In this document: positions 1 to 9,632 of the stretch, one piece after another
Layout of the letters: every line of letters begins with the position of its first letter
How positions within the stretch are numbered: the stretch's first letter is position 1
Source: Candidatus Marinacidobacterales bacterium
GTDB taxonomy: Bacteria > Acidobacteriota > Vicinamibacteria > Marinacidobacterales > DATDRI01
Direction: 5' to 3'
Length of the DNA: 64,000 nt
NCBI GenBank assembly: GCA_965226495.1
Contig: OZ245365.1
Location: 1,632,001 to 1,696,000, forward strand
The notes under the pieces: model-generated
Databases searched by the model: none
What the model was told of the DNA's origin: nothing
The model's input: only the letters and a program-made list of their open reading frames with translations
Program-made: the position numbers and the translations under genes

Positions 1-38
1 AACGGGGTGGGGGATAAAGACCAGTGGTCTCTAACGGG

Positions 39-878
39 ATGGCCATCCGCACGCGGGGGAGCCACGTCGTTTTCATCGCCCTCATCGTCGGTCACGGTCT
101 GCTCCTGTCTTCTCAGGTCACTACCCCCAAAGGCCATTCCGCCCTCCAAGGCGGGATCCTCACGGTTTTCGCTCCGCTGCAACGTGGGTGCGGGGCGGTC
201 GTGAACGGCCTTCGCTCGGCATGGTACGGATACGTCGACCTGAGAGCGGTTCGAGAGGAGAACCGCCAGCTTCGAGAGAAGGCGACGCGACTCGAACAAG
301 CCTTGTGGATGGAGAAAGAGGCAGTGGCTCGTTACGATCGATTGAGCGGCGTTCTGCAACTGGCCGAACGTATCCCCTTCGAGTCGGTGGTTGCCGAAGT
401 GACTGGCGTCGATGCGAGCTCTTGGTTCCGTAGCATCACTGTGAATCGAGGGGAAGATCGCGGTGTGGAGCTCAATGCGCCCGTCGTCGGTCCTGGTGGG
501 TTGGTCGGACGGGTTATCGCCGTGGGGCCGTATGTTGCGCAGGTCCAGTTGCTATCAGATAGCGATTGCTCGGTGGGGTCTCTCCTGGTCCGCACGAGGA
601 CCCGGGGAATCGTTTCCGGCCAAGGAGGTGCCGAGCTTCAGCTGAAGTACGTTAGCAATCTCGAAGACGTGGCGGTGGGGGACTTGGTCGTGACTTCGGG
701 GATCGACGGGTTTTATCCAAAGGGGATCGCCATAGGGCGCGTGGCTTCCGTCCAAAATGGGCCCCGCTTGTTCAAAGAAATCGCAATCGAGCCTGCAGCA
801 AGCCTCAATCGGCTAGAGGAGGTCTTCATCCTCGAGCCGGTCGGAGCAAACCTCGAATTGACCAAGAAGGTTGAGTGA
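39..878 (+). CDS. mreC: Rod shape-determining protein MreC
   Basis: N-terminal TM, coiled coil (REENRQLRE), ITVNRG...GLVGRV and GDLVVTSGIDGFYPKGI motifs; followed by mreD-mrdA-rodA. Start taken at ATG 39. Confidence 0.93.
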   Translation: MAIRTRGSHVVFIALIVGHGLLLSSQVTTPKGHSALQGGILTVFAPLQRGCGAVVNGLRSAWYGYVDLRAVREENRQLREKATRLEQALWMEKEAVARYDRLSGVLQLAERIPFESVVAEVTGVDASSWFRSITVNRGEDRGVELNAPVVGPGGLVGRVIAVGPYVAQVQLLSDSDCSVGSLLVRTRTRGIVSGQGGAELQLKYVSNLEDVAVGDLVVTSGIDGFYPKGIAIGRVASVQNGPRLFKEIAIEPAASLNRLEEVFILEPVGANLELTKKVE

Positions 879-1348
879 AGGCGCTCGCGGTCGTTCTCGC
901 CATCGTCGGCGCCTTCCTGGTTCAGACTCTAGGAGGACGATACTTCTCGCCCATTCAAAGCTACTTGGATCTGTTTCTCCTGACCGCCGCCGGATTCGGT
1001 TTGACCCAGGGGAGGCGGGTCGGGATGTTTTCCGGAACGGCCGCCGGTTTGGTCCAAGATGTGTTCTCGGGAGCACCTCCCGGCCTGAACGGCGTCTCCA
1101 AGACGACTATCGGCTACCTCGCCGGTATCGCGGGGCACCGATTGGTCGTGCGCGGCTGGGCGGGACGCTTCGTCTTTTTCGCCGTGGCCACGGCAGCCGA
1201 TCTAGCTATTGTGGGGGCCATCGGCCAGGTGCTGGAGCAGCCGACCGTCGTTGGAGGGCCGGCCGATCTGTTGTACCTTTGTGCCGCGAACGGCTTCACG
1301 GGCGCTCTAGTACTGAATTTGGTAGATCGGTTCACCGTGACTCGCTGA
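875..1348 (+). CDS. mreD: Rod shape-determining protein MreD
   Basis: 157-aa polytopic membrane protein with GLVQD motif, GTGA overlap with mreC. Confidence 0.85.
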   Translation: MKALAVVLAIVGAFLVQTLGGRYFSPIQSYLDLFLLTAAGFGLTQGRRVGMFSGTAAGLVQDVFSGAPPGLNGVSKTTIGYLAGIAGHRLVVRGWAGRFVFFAVATAADLAIVGAIGQVLEQPTVVGGPADLLYLCAANGFTGALVLNLVDRFTVTR

Positions 1349-1355
1349 AACTGTC

Positions 1356-3215
1356 GTGAATATCTACGAAGACCTGAGACCGCTGCAGTCGAGGTTGAAG
1401 TGGTGGCGCATCCTAGTGGTCACCCTCTTCGTGGGTCTTTGCGCTCGATTCTGGCAGCTTCAGATCGTTCGAGCCCCGCAGTATCAAGAGTTGGCACGCT
1501 CCAACCACGTGCGACAGATTCCGGAGAACGCTCCCCGGGGACTCATCCTCGACCGTTCCGGTCAGATCCTCGCCGAGAACCGCCCCTCATTTAATCTCAC
1601 GATGGAGAAGACGGATTGGGACGAGGCGGTAATGGGAGAGCTACTCGCGCTCTTGCCGTTCTCCGACTCGGAGCTCGAGGAGTTGGCGAAGCAACGCAAA
1701 CGGATGTCGGGTGCCGCACCCGCCTTGGTCAAAGAAGACATCCCGCTGGAAGAAGTGGCGCTGGTGGAGTCCCGCAAGCTCGAGCTCCCCGGGGCCATGA
1801 TTCAATTCGTTCCGCGGCGGTTCTATCCGCTGGGCAGCATCGGCGCCCACGCGCTCGGATACGTCGGCAGGATTACCGAGGACCAACTCGCGGAGGCTCG
1901 TTTCGATGGGGCGATCGCTAACGAATACGTGGGGCAATCGGGCATCGAATTTGGCTACAACCTAAAACTCATGGGACAAAACGGAGTCCAAGTCGTGGCG
2001 GTGAATAGCCACGGAAGGCGGGAAAGGATTCTCGAAGAGAGACCGCCGACTTGGGGCAACTCCGTTCAACTCTCTTTGGACCTAGAGCTCCAGCGCCTGA
2101 CCGAAAAGGAATTCGAAGACAAAGCGGGAGCGGTGGTGGTACTCGATCCGCGCAACGGTGAGGTGATGGCGCTCGCCAGCTCGCCTTCCTTTGACCCCAA
2201 CGTTTTTTCCGGGCGTTTCGACGCGGACGCGTGGCAGGCGTTGATGAACGACGAAGATCACCGTCTTCAAAACCGCGCTCTCCAGGGTCGCTATGCGCCG
2301 GGCTCGGTCTTCAAGTTGATCGTCGCGGCGTCGGCGCTGGAAGAGGAGAAAATCTCACCTGCAACGCGTCTTTACTGCGGCGGCGGGGTACGACTCTATC
2401 GTAATTGGTTTCCTTGTCATCGTGCTTCGGGGCACGGGTTCGTGAACCTCCATCAGGCTTTGGTGCAATCGTGCAATTCGTATTTCTACCAAGTTGGTGT
2501 GGAGCTGGAGATCGAGTCGATCGCCCGGTACGCTCGCGCTTTCGGCCTCGGGAGTCCAACCGGTATCGACTTGCCTTTCGAAGTCTCGGGCTTAGTGCCG
2601 GATCCGGAGTGGAAGCGGCGCGCGCGGAAGGAACCGTGGTACGCGGGGGAAACTGTCTCGGTCTCGGTGGGGCAGGGCGCGGTACTGGTGACCGTAATGC
2701 AGATGGCTCAGATAGCCGCCATCGTGGGGAGCTCGGGAGAAGTCTTCAGACCACACGTTTTTTTGCGACCCCTTCCGGCCGGGACGGTCGCCGAGCCGGC
2801 TCCCCCGACCCCGGTCGGAGAGCCTATCCGGCGAGTGGCGCTTAATGAATCGACTTGGCGTGCCCTACAGCAGGCGATGTGGGGCGTCGTCAACGAGAGT
2901 GGAACGGGATGGCGAGCCCGCGTGCAAGGCGTGGCCGTCTCCGGCAAGACGGGGACGGCGCAGGTTGCCTCGATGTCGAACCTGAGTGAGCGTGCGGACG
3001 AAGATCGTCCTGAGCACCTTAGAAATCACGCCTGGTTCGTCGGGTACGCTCCCCGCGAGAATCCGGAGCTCGCACTAGCGGTCTTGGTCGAACACGGGGG
3101 GCAAGGGGGGCGTGCCGCGGCTCCGATTGCCCAGAAGATCTTCCAAGCTTATTTCGAGGGACAAAAAAGGCGCGAAGCCGATGATGCTCGACAGGCGTTT
3201 TTGGTTCGGAATTGA
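1356..3215 (+). CDS. mrdA: Penicillin-binding protein 2
   Basis: APRGLILDR, PGSVFK (SxxK), SCN (SxN) and KTGTAQ motifs; context. Confidence 0.95.
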   Translation: MNIYEDLRPLQSRLKWWRILVVTLFVGLCARFWQLQIVRAPQYQELARSNHVRQIPENAPRGLILDRSGQILAENRPSFNLTMEKTDWDEAVMGELLALLPFSDSELEELAKQRKRMSGAAPALVKEDIPLEEVALVESRKLELPGAMIQFVPRRFYPLGSIGAHALGYVGRITEDQLAEARFDGAIANEYVGQSGIEFGYNLKLMGQNGVQVVAVNSHGRRERILEERPPTWGNSVQLSLDLELQRLTEKEFEDKAGAVVVLDPRNGEVMALASSPSFDPNVFSGRFDADAWQALMNDEDHRLQNRALQGRYAPGSVFKLIVAASALEEEKISPATRLYCGGGVRLYRNWFPCHRASGHGFVNLHQALVQSCNSYFYQVGVELEIESIARYARAFGLGSPTGIDLPFEVSGLVPDPEWKRRARKEPWYAGETVSVSVGQGAVLVTVMQMAQIAAIVGSSGEVFRPHVFLRPLPAGTVAEPAPPTPVGEPIRRVALNESTWRALQQAMWGVVNESGTGWRARVQGVAVSGKTGTAQVASMSNLSERADEDRPEHLRNHAWFVGYAPRENPELALAVLVEHGGQGGRAAAPIAQKIFQAYFEGQKRREADDARQAFLVRN

Positions 3216-4275
3216 TTGGCTGCTGGTTCTGGGGCTCCTTCTAGCCGCCGGACTGGGTGTGGCGATCATCTACAGCGCCACGCAGGGAGGGCCAACTCCG
3301 GACTACTACAAGAGGCAGATTCTTTGGATCGTGCTGGGGTTGGTTTTGATGTTGCTCGTCCTGGCCATCGATTACCATTCCCTTCTGGACCACGCGGAGC
3401 TTTTCTACGTCGCGGTGACCGGACTTCTGGTGTATTTGCTTTTCTTCGGGTCATTGCGTGCGGGAACGAATCGCTGGCTCGAGCTCGGCGCCTTTACAAT
3501 GCATTCCGGTGAGCTTGCGAAGCTCGCCGCGGTGGTTTTGCTGGCGAAGTACTTCGCGGCGGTGCGCAAGAACCGATTGGGTACGGCCGAGGTGGCGGTG
3601 ACCGGCGCGCTGGTCGGCGTTCCGACGCTTCTGGTTATTTTGCAACCGGACCTCGGTACGGCCGCAACGCTCGTCTTTGCGTACGCCGTCCTTTGTCTTC
3701 TCGCCGGACTGCGAGGCCGACTGGTGTTGGTCGCCTCAGTCATCTTCGCCCTGGCTCTTCCTCTCGGTTGGAGTTTCGTTCTCAAGGATTACCAGAAAGA
3801 GCGCGTGCTGGCGTTCCTGGATCCGAATCTCGATCCACGAGGAGCCGGCTATCAAAGCATCCAATCGACGATCTCGGTGGGTTCGGGCGGACTGACGGGC
3901 AAGGGGTGGCTGAAAGGCTCGCAGAGTCAGCTACAATTCTTGCCCGCTCCCCACACAGATTTCGTGTTCGCGGTCATCGGGGAGGAGTTCGGGTTCGTTG
4001 GAGTCGTTGCGGTGGTTCTTCTGTACTTAATGATCACGATACGGTGCCTCGACGCGGGACGCCGAGCACGGGACAGGTTGGGCATCTATCTGGTCGCCGG
4101 CATATTGGCCATGTTCGTTTTTCAGGCGATCTACAACATGGCGATGGTGGGAGGATTGGTACCCATAAAGGGATTTCCGTTGCCGTTGGTGAGCTATGGC
4201 GGGTCGTCGATGATGACCACGCTCGTCGGCTTCGGTTTGATTCTGAACGTGAGGATGCGTCGCTTCGTCAACTGA
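3181..4275 (+). CDS. rodA: SEDS peptidoglycan polymerase RodA
   Basis: QPDLGT, GYQSIQS, GSGG..GKG, HTDFVF and SYGGSS motifs. Confidence 0.95.
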   Translation: MMLDRRFWFGIDWLLVLGLLLAAGLGVAIIYSATQGGPTPDYYKRQILWIVLGLVLMLLVLAIDYHSLLDHAELFYVAVTGLLVYLLFFGSLRAGTNRWLELGAFTMHSGELAKLAAVVLLAKYFAAVRKNRLGTAEVAVTGALVGVPTLLVILQPDLGTAATLVFAYAVLCLLAGLRGRLVLVASVIFALALPLGWSFVLKDYQKERVLAFLDPNLDPRGAGYQSIQSTISVGSGGLTGKGWLKGSQSQLQFLPAPHTDFVFAVIGEEFGFVGVVAVVLLYLMITIRCLDAGRRARDRLGIYLVAGILAMFVFQAIYNMAMVGGLVPIKGFPLPLVSYGGSSMMTTLVGFGLILNVRMRRFVN

Positions 4276-4468
4276 CCGACAGACTTGCCAACGTCAACTT
4301 ATTCCCGCGCCTGTCGGTGGAAACCCATGCTCCTGGGGGTAAGGCCCCGCTCCTGGGGGGAACTTCCAACATCCAATACCCCACACTTGATTTGCTATAA
4401 GCTGCTGCAAACAAATATCTTATTAAAATAAACCTCGCGCGGATTGGTGAGGTCGAAATCCCTCGTTT

Positions 4469-4484
4469 TGGAACGGCAATTGCT
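4469..4484 (+). promoter_or_regulatory. sigma54 (-24/-12) promoter of the pilin-like gene
   Basis: TGGAACGGCAATTGCT: GG-N10-GC spacing, 58 nt before ATG 4543, preceded by an AT-rich tract at 4386-4432. Confidence 0.65.
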
Positions 4485-4542
4485 TCCTACGATAGGTGGC
4501 TGTCCCCCAGCAGTGCCAGAGTTTCAAACAGGAGCGTGCGCC

Positions 4543-5565
4543 ATGCGCAGGACAGCTCGTAGCAGGAAAACCTCAGCCCAGGGTTTTTCACTCATCGAGG
4601 TCCTAGTAGCCCTCACCATCACTTTGATCGTGATGAGCAGTGTCTTCAGTCTGCTGACGAAGGGGCAACGGAGCTTCGAACGTGAGCCCGAGATCGCCGA
4701 GCTGCAACAAAACGCACGAGCCGGCCTCGACGCGGTCGCCAGAGACTTGACCACGGCGGGCTACCGGACGCCTCCCAACATTGCGATCCAGTGGGCGGAC
4801 GGAGGCGGCACGACTCCGGATGAGATCACCATTATTTACGGCGATCCGCTACTTCCTACGGTTGAGTCGCTCCCATGCTCAGAACAAGGCGGTGGGCCCT
4901 GTAATACAATCGGTAACTCCTCGGTTCTTTTCGTCGATCACGATTCCTTCGAGCCAGCACAAGGCGATCCCGAGTTGGCCTATTCCGATGGGACGCCCCT
5001 CGTTATCCTGGAGACCAGCGATTGCAACGGCGACATGGAGATGGGTGTCGTTCCGTTCGAGTTGACTCAGGATCCTCAGATGGTTGGCGGCAAGCTCAAG
5101 CTTAAGCACAATCCAGGTCAGAGTAGCATGAACTTGCCACAAGGCTTCAACGACGCAGTAGAACCAAATTGCGCCATTGTAGGCTTCTTCAATATCATCC
5201 AGTATCGGGTCAACCCGCTGCCGCCAGCGGACAACCCCACCTTGGAACGCCGTGATCTAGGCGCGGGAGAGGACTGGACCCCCCTCGCCGCGAACATCGA
5301 AGACTTTCAGCTTCAATACGGCGTTGGGAGCGCGGCCAACTGGGTGGATTCGCCGGGCCCGACCGACCCCGACGACCCGGAGACCTGGATAACGAGGGTG
5401 AACCTGTCGATAAGGGCGAGGAGCGAGAGCACCGACCTCGAAGGAGGGACGACGGTGAACGCCGCGTCACCCGAGGATACTCACATTCGTAGGACCTACG
5501 CCACGACGATGAGCCTGCGCAATCTGCTCAACGCCACATCGCAGTACTACATTCTGAATCCCTGA
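4543..5565 (+). CDS. Prepilin-type N-terminal cleavage/methylation protein, PilW-like minor pilin
   Basis: Basic leader then G|FSLIEVLVAL hydrophobic helix, QQNARAGLD..RDL..AGY, C-terminal T..LRN; AGGAG RBS at 4530. Confidence 0.85.
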   Translation: MRRTARSRKTSAQGFSLIEVLVALTITLIVMSSVFSLLTKGQRSFEREPEIAELQQNARAGLDAVARDLTTAGYRTPPNIAIQWADGGGTTPDEITIIYGDPLLPTVESLPCSEQGGGPCNTIGNSSVLFVDHDSFEPAQGDPELAYSDGTPLVILETSDCNGDMEMGVVPFELTQDPQMVGGKLKLKHNPGQSSMNLPQGFNDAVEPNCAIVGFFNIIQYRVNPLPPADNPTLERRDLGAGEDWTPLAANIEDFQLQYGVGSAANWVDSPGPTDPDDPETWITRVNLSIRARSESTDLEGGTTVNAASPEDTHIRRTYATTMSLRNLLNATSQYYILNP

Positions 5566-6260
5566 GGCGACACCCCTTAGGTCGGTCCTCAGCAGCAGCC
5601 TCCAGACGCCCCACCCAGTCGCCCTACTTGTGGGGGTGGAGCTACTCGTGGTAAATTCAATGACTTGGAGCGGAACATGGATTCCGCGCCATTAAGATCT
5701 TGCGAGCCAAGGAGGCGAGCCAGGTGTTGGAGGGCGGAAAGCCCCGATACAGCGCCGGCCGTGACAGCACAGTCAGGTGCGACCGCCTCGAGAGCAAGCA
5801 GACGGATCAGCAAACAAGATTGCATGAAGTCGTTCGAGATGGTCTTCGTTTTCTTGACCACCAGCGGTGGCGATACCTGCCGCGCCGATCGTCGGTGCGG
5901 TGTGATGAGATTATTGCCGCGGGTGCTCACCGGAAGATCGCCTCGAACCTGAAGCGGATCAGGTACCGGTTCCGTCTCTGCTTCAGAACATTGGGAGAAT
6001 CGAAGTCAAAGTGATGTTGGCCAACCAAAGACCGGGGGCGCCATCGCCCCGCGGTGAGGTTGTGGCGCCGCCGTCACCTCCTGTGGTTGGGAGTTCTATC
6101 CCGACCCCGGTCACTTCCCCGGCTGCTCTTGGCCGGTGCTTAACTCTTCTTCCGGCCTCCGGCCGCATTGCGAGATGCTACGCCGCCGCGGCCCGACTAC
6201 GAGAAGGGCTCTCCCCAAACAACCGGCTTTTCTCCCCATTTGCGGGTACTGGTGTCACAA

Positions 6261-8060
6261 ATGTCCAAGGAGTTGATCGTCAGTCACCACCCCCAGGAAA
6301 CCAAAGTCGCCCTCGTCGAGGATGGCGTCGTTACAGAAGTCTCAGTCGAGAGAGAGAGTAGTCGAAGCGTTGTAGGGAACCTGTATAAGGGCCGTGTCAA
6401 CCGCGTCCTCCCCGGGATGCAGTCGGCCTTCGTCGATGCTGGCTTGGAGCGCGACGCCTTCCTGTATGTCTCCGACGTATTGGAGGAGGAGTTCGACGCC
6501 TTCCAAACCGTGGAAGAGGAGAAGATAGCTGAGACGGAGCGAGAGATCGTCCGCGCCAAGGCCAAGAACCACTCCATCGATGAGCTTCTCACCGAAGGGC
6601 AGGAAGTTTTAGTCCAGGTCGCCAAGGAGCCCATCGGAACGAAAGGCGCTCGCATCACCTCCTACGTCAGTCTTCCGGGGCGACTGCTAGTTTTCATGCC
6701 GACTGTCGACCACATCGGGGTCTCCAGGAAGATTGAAACCTCGGAGGAAAGGGCCCGGCTTCGACAGTTGATTCAGCAGAACCGCACGGTTGGAGGCGGG
6801 TACATTGTCCGGACCGCGGTGATTGGCAAAGACGACGAGGCGATTTTGGCCGACATGCGTTTTCTCGAAAGCCAATGGACCGAGATTCGGCGCAAGGCCG
6901 AGTCTGCCAAGGCCCCCGCAGTCATCCATCGTGATCTCGGTCTGGTGTTCAAGCTCATTCGGGACATGCTTTCACTGGATTTCAGTGCTATCCGCATCGA
7001 TTCCGAAAAGTTATACGACGAAGTCGTGGAGTTCGTGAAGCAGATTCAGCCCCAGATGTTGCATCGCGTCAAGCTCTACTCCAAGAACTACCCGATTTTC
7101 GACGAGTACGGAGTGCAGGCCGAGATCGATCGTGCCCTCAAGAGCAAAGTTTGGCTCAAGTCGGGCGGATACATCGTGATCAATCAGACCGAGGCTTTGG
7201 TCGCGATCGACGTCAATACCGGTCGCTACACGGGCAGCAAGCGCCTTGAGGATACGATCACACGAATCAATCTAGAAGCCATCAAAGAGATCGCGCATCA
7301 AATTCGGCTCAGGGATCTGGGGGGCATCATCGTCATCGATTTCATCGACATGGAGGAGAGGCGCAATCAACAGAAAGTCTTCACCGACCTCGAAGAAGAG
7401 CTCGCGAACGATCGGTCTCCCACGAAAGCGATTCAGATTAACGAGTTCGGCCTGATGATCCTCACTCGCAAACGGGTGAAGAAATCCCTCGAGCGTACGC
7501 TGAGCCAAGCCTGTCCTTATTGTCAGGGGAGTGCCCGCGTCAAGTCGGCGACAACGATCGGCTATGAGATTCTCGACCATGTTCGAAGGAAGGCGTCGGA
7601 GCTTCCCCAAGACGGGGCGATGATAAAAGTCCATCCGGATGTGGGCCGTGCCCTTCAGAAGGGCGAGGCGCCCGTGCTCGACGAGATCAGGTCCATCCTA
7701 GGCGCAAGAACCGAGATCAAGCCGATGACCGGTTTCCACCACGAGCAGTTCGAGGTCCTGGCTCGAAAGGAATCGGGAAGACAGCGGAGACCCGAACGAC
7801 CGTCGAGGGGCTCCAACCGGCGGGTCTCCCCCGCCAGATCTGCCAAGCAAGGCAATCAGGAAAGACGCGGGGGGCGAGGGGCTTCCCCGAGGCAAGAAAA
7901 GGCGCACACGCCTGAAAGCGTGAATAGGGCTGAACAGACTAAGCCGCCTGAAGAGGCTGAAGAGGCTGAAGAGGCTGAACAGAGTCAACAGCCTGGACCG
8001 CCCGAACGAGTCGACGAAGGTAGTAGCGAAGGGCAAGCCCCGTCATCAGCGGGCTCCTAA
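6261..8060 (+). CDS. Rne/Rng family ribonuclease with disordered Arg/Glu-rich C-terminal tail
   Basis: GNLYKGRV..VLPGMQSAFVD S1 region, AIDVNTG, RLRDLGGIIVIDFIDM, CPYCQGSA Zn-link. Confidence 0.92.
   Translation: MSKELIVSHHPQETKVALVEDGVVTEVSVERESSRSVVGNLYKGRVNRVLPGMQSAFVDAGLERDAFLYVSDVLEEEFDAFQTVEEEKIAETEREIVRAKAKNHSIDELLTEGQEVLVQVAKEPIGTKGARITSYVSLPGRLLVFMPTVDHIGVSRKIETSEERARLRQLIQQNRTVGGGYIVRTAVIGKDDEAILADMRFLESQWTEIRRKAESAKAPAVIHRDLGLVFKLIRDMLSLDFSAIRIDSEKLYDEVVEFVKQIQPQMLHRVKLYSKNYPIFDEYGVQAEIDRALKSKVWLKSGGYIVINQTEALVAIDVNTGRYTGSKRLEDTITRINLEAIKEIAHQIRLRDLGGIIVIDFIDMEERRNQQKVFTDLEEELANDRSPTKAIQINEFGLMILTRKRVKKSLERTLSQACPYCQGSARVKSATTIGYEILDHVRRKASELPQDGAMIKVHPDVGRALQKGEAPVLDEIRSILGARTEIKPMTGFHHEQFEVLARKESGRQRRPERPSRGSNRRVSPARSAKQGNQERRGGRGASPRQEKAHTPESVNRAEQTKPPEEAEEAEEAEQSQQPGPPERVDEGSSEGQAPSSAGS
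7950..7980 (+). repeat. 9-bp tandem repeat (GAAGAGGCT) encoding EEA x3
   Basis: gaagaggct gaagaggct gaagaggct gaac read directly. Confidence 0.8.
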
Positions 8061-8122
8061 ACCCTCGGCCGTAGACGTTGAACTCCCCGGCATTCCCCCG
8101 GGGGAGGGGGCCTACTGGCTTG

Positions 8123-8623
8123 CTACGGACCTTCCGGACGATATCGTGCCTGATAGATTCCGCGCGGGTCGAAATCCGGGTCCACTTCGAAGGTCCGGCG
8201 GAACGCGTCCAGCGAGTCCTCGAAGTGCTTTAGGACGTAGTGGCAGTATCCCATCAAGTAAAAGACGTCGGCCCGGTCGGGTTCCGTCTGCGAGACATGG
8301 CCGAGTTCCTGAAGGGCTTCGGTGAAGTTGCGATTCCGGTAGTGCCGCAGTCCCCGTGCGTAGGCTTCCGTTGATGCCGTGTCGGTGTTTTGCGAGAGTG
8401 GCTCGGGCGGCGGTGGCGCCTCGGCTGGCATCGATGCGGTCGGGGGTTCTTGGCGCGTTTCTTCCTGTCCGAGTGTCAACGGCGCACCGAGCAGAGTGGC
8501 AACCGAAAAGGCAGTGAGCAAGCGTATCGTTTTTAGTGGGTTTAGTGGGTTTAGCGGGTTTAGCAGGTTTAGCAAGTTGGCCAGGTTGGCCGGCATCCTC
8601 GACAGAGCGCTCAAGGGCTTCAT
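8123..8623 (-). CDS. Exported tetratricopeptide-repeat protein
   Basis: AYARGL..Y..RNF..AL and FYLMGYCHY...F..S..AF TPR pattern; hydrophobic signal-like segment; AGGAG RBS before ATG 8623. Confidence 0.75.
   Translation of the reverse strand: MKPLSALSRMPANLANLLNLLNPLNPLNPLKTIRLLTAFSVATLLGAPLTLGQEETRQEPPTASMPAEAPPPPEPLSQNTDTASTEAYARGLRHYRNRNFTEALQELGHVSQTEPDRADVFYLMGYCHYVLKHFEDSLDAFRRTFEVDPDFDPRGIYQARYRPEGP
8530..8592 (-). repeat. Degenerate 9-bp tandem repeat encoding PANLANLLNLLNPLNPLNPLK
   Basis: + strand units tttagtggg tttagtggg tttagcggg tttagcagg tttagcaag ttggccagg ttggccgg. Confidence 0.8.
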
Positions 8624-8690
8624 GGGGCTATCTCCTGTATTCAGTTGTGGCGCGCTGGAAATCTCGGTTCCCATAGTAGCATGAAACGAA

Positions 8691-9632
8691 TCACTGGGAT
8701 TTGGCCTGGATGATCTCGGCTTCGGCCTTCTGCTGGAACTCGATGAAATCCGGATGGTCCGGAAGCCTAGAAGAGAGTGGGACCAAGCGATAAAAGAAAC
8801 GGGTGGCCCGCGACTCGGCGTCGAAGAAAAGCCTCAACTCGCCGAGCGTCATTCCCTGGGGGTACGGGTAAGAAATGAGAGTGTCTCCTTCGAACGCCGG
8901 ATGATCGAGATGTGTGTCATTCGCGGCGCCCACCAGTATGTCGATCCCTGGGACTGCCCTGGCGAGCTCCTTGGCCGCTGGCAGAGGCAATTGTGCTAGG
9001 ACCACGACAACGTCACATTTCCCGCGAAGCTCGCCGACGAGTGCCCGCGCTCTTTCTACCGGGTCGGCGAAGTCGATGGCGAGTGAATCGGAGGCCGGGT
9101 CGGTGAGGCCCATGAAACCAAAACGAATCGTGCGTCCCTCAGCGGTCTCGACTTCTTGGATCACGTACGGGGGGATCTCTAGGCTCGACTCGGATCCGAG
9201 GATGGCATTGGCGGAGACGAAGGGCAACTTCGTATTTCCCAGCTCGGTCCAGCGGTCGGTCTCTGGTATGACTTCCAGCTCCCCGATGTTGATAGCGGAG
9301 TAGTTCATGCGGAGCATCCCTTCCAGGACCCACCGGTTTCTAACCTCCGCCTCGAGGGCTACATCGGCCGAGAAGTCGCCCGCATCGACCAATATCCATG
9401 GTGTGCGGGAGAAGATCTTCTCGAACTGTTCTAGGTACCTCGCCCGCCGGGCAAAGCCCCCGAGGGGGTTGCGGCTTCAGCCACAGGGCTCAACGTAGCC
9501 GCGGAGCTCTCCGGTGAAGAAAACGGCTATGTCGGCATCCTCTAGCTCATCGGCCTCCGCCCAACGTTCGGAACCTCGAGCGACCGAGAGGAGTAACAGG
9601 AACGCGGCAAACGACAGAAATAGTCTGGACAT
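8691..9632 (-). CDS. Secreted UshA/5'-nucleotidase-like selenoprotein (C-G-U motif, Sec at TGA 9479-9477)
   Basis: ORFs 9477..9716 and 8691..9392 are in one frame separated only by TGA: ...FTGELRGYVEPCG-U-SRNPLGGFARRARY...LVDAGDF; hairpin directly after TGA; signal peptide MSRLFLSFAAFLLLLSVARG. Confidence 0.85.

Noticed and set aside
5589-6168. Short ORFs between the pilin and RNase genes (5665, 5700, 5589 minus, 6011)
   Set aside because: No RBS or family motif and mutually overlapping; left unannotated although the 700-bp gap is unexplained.
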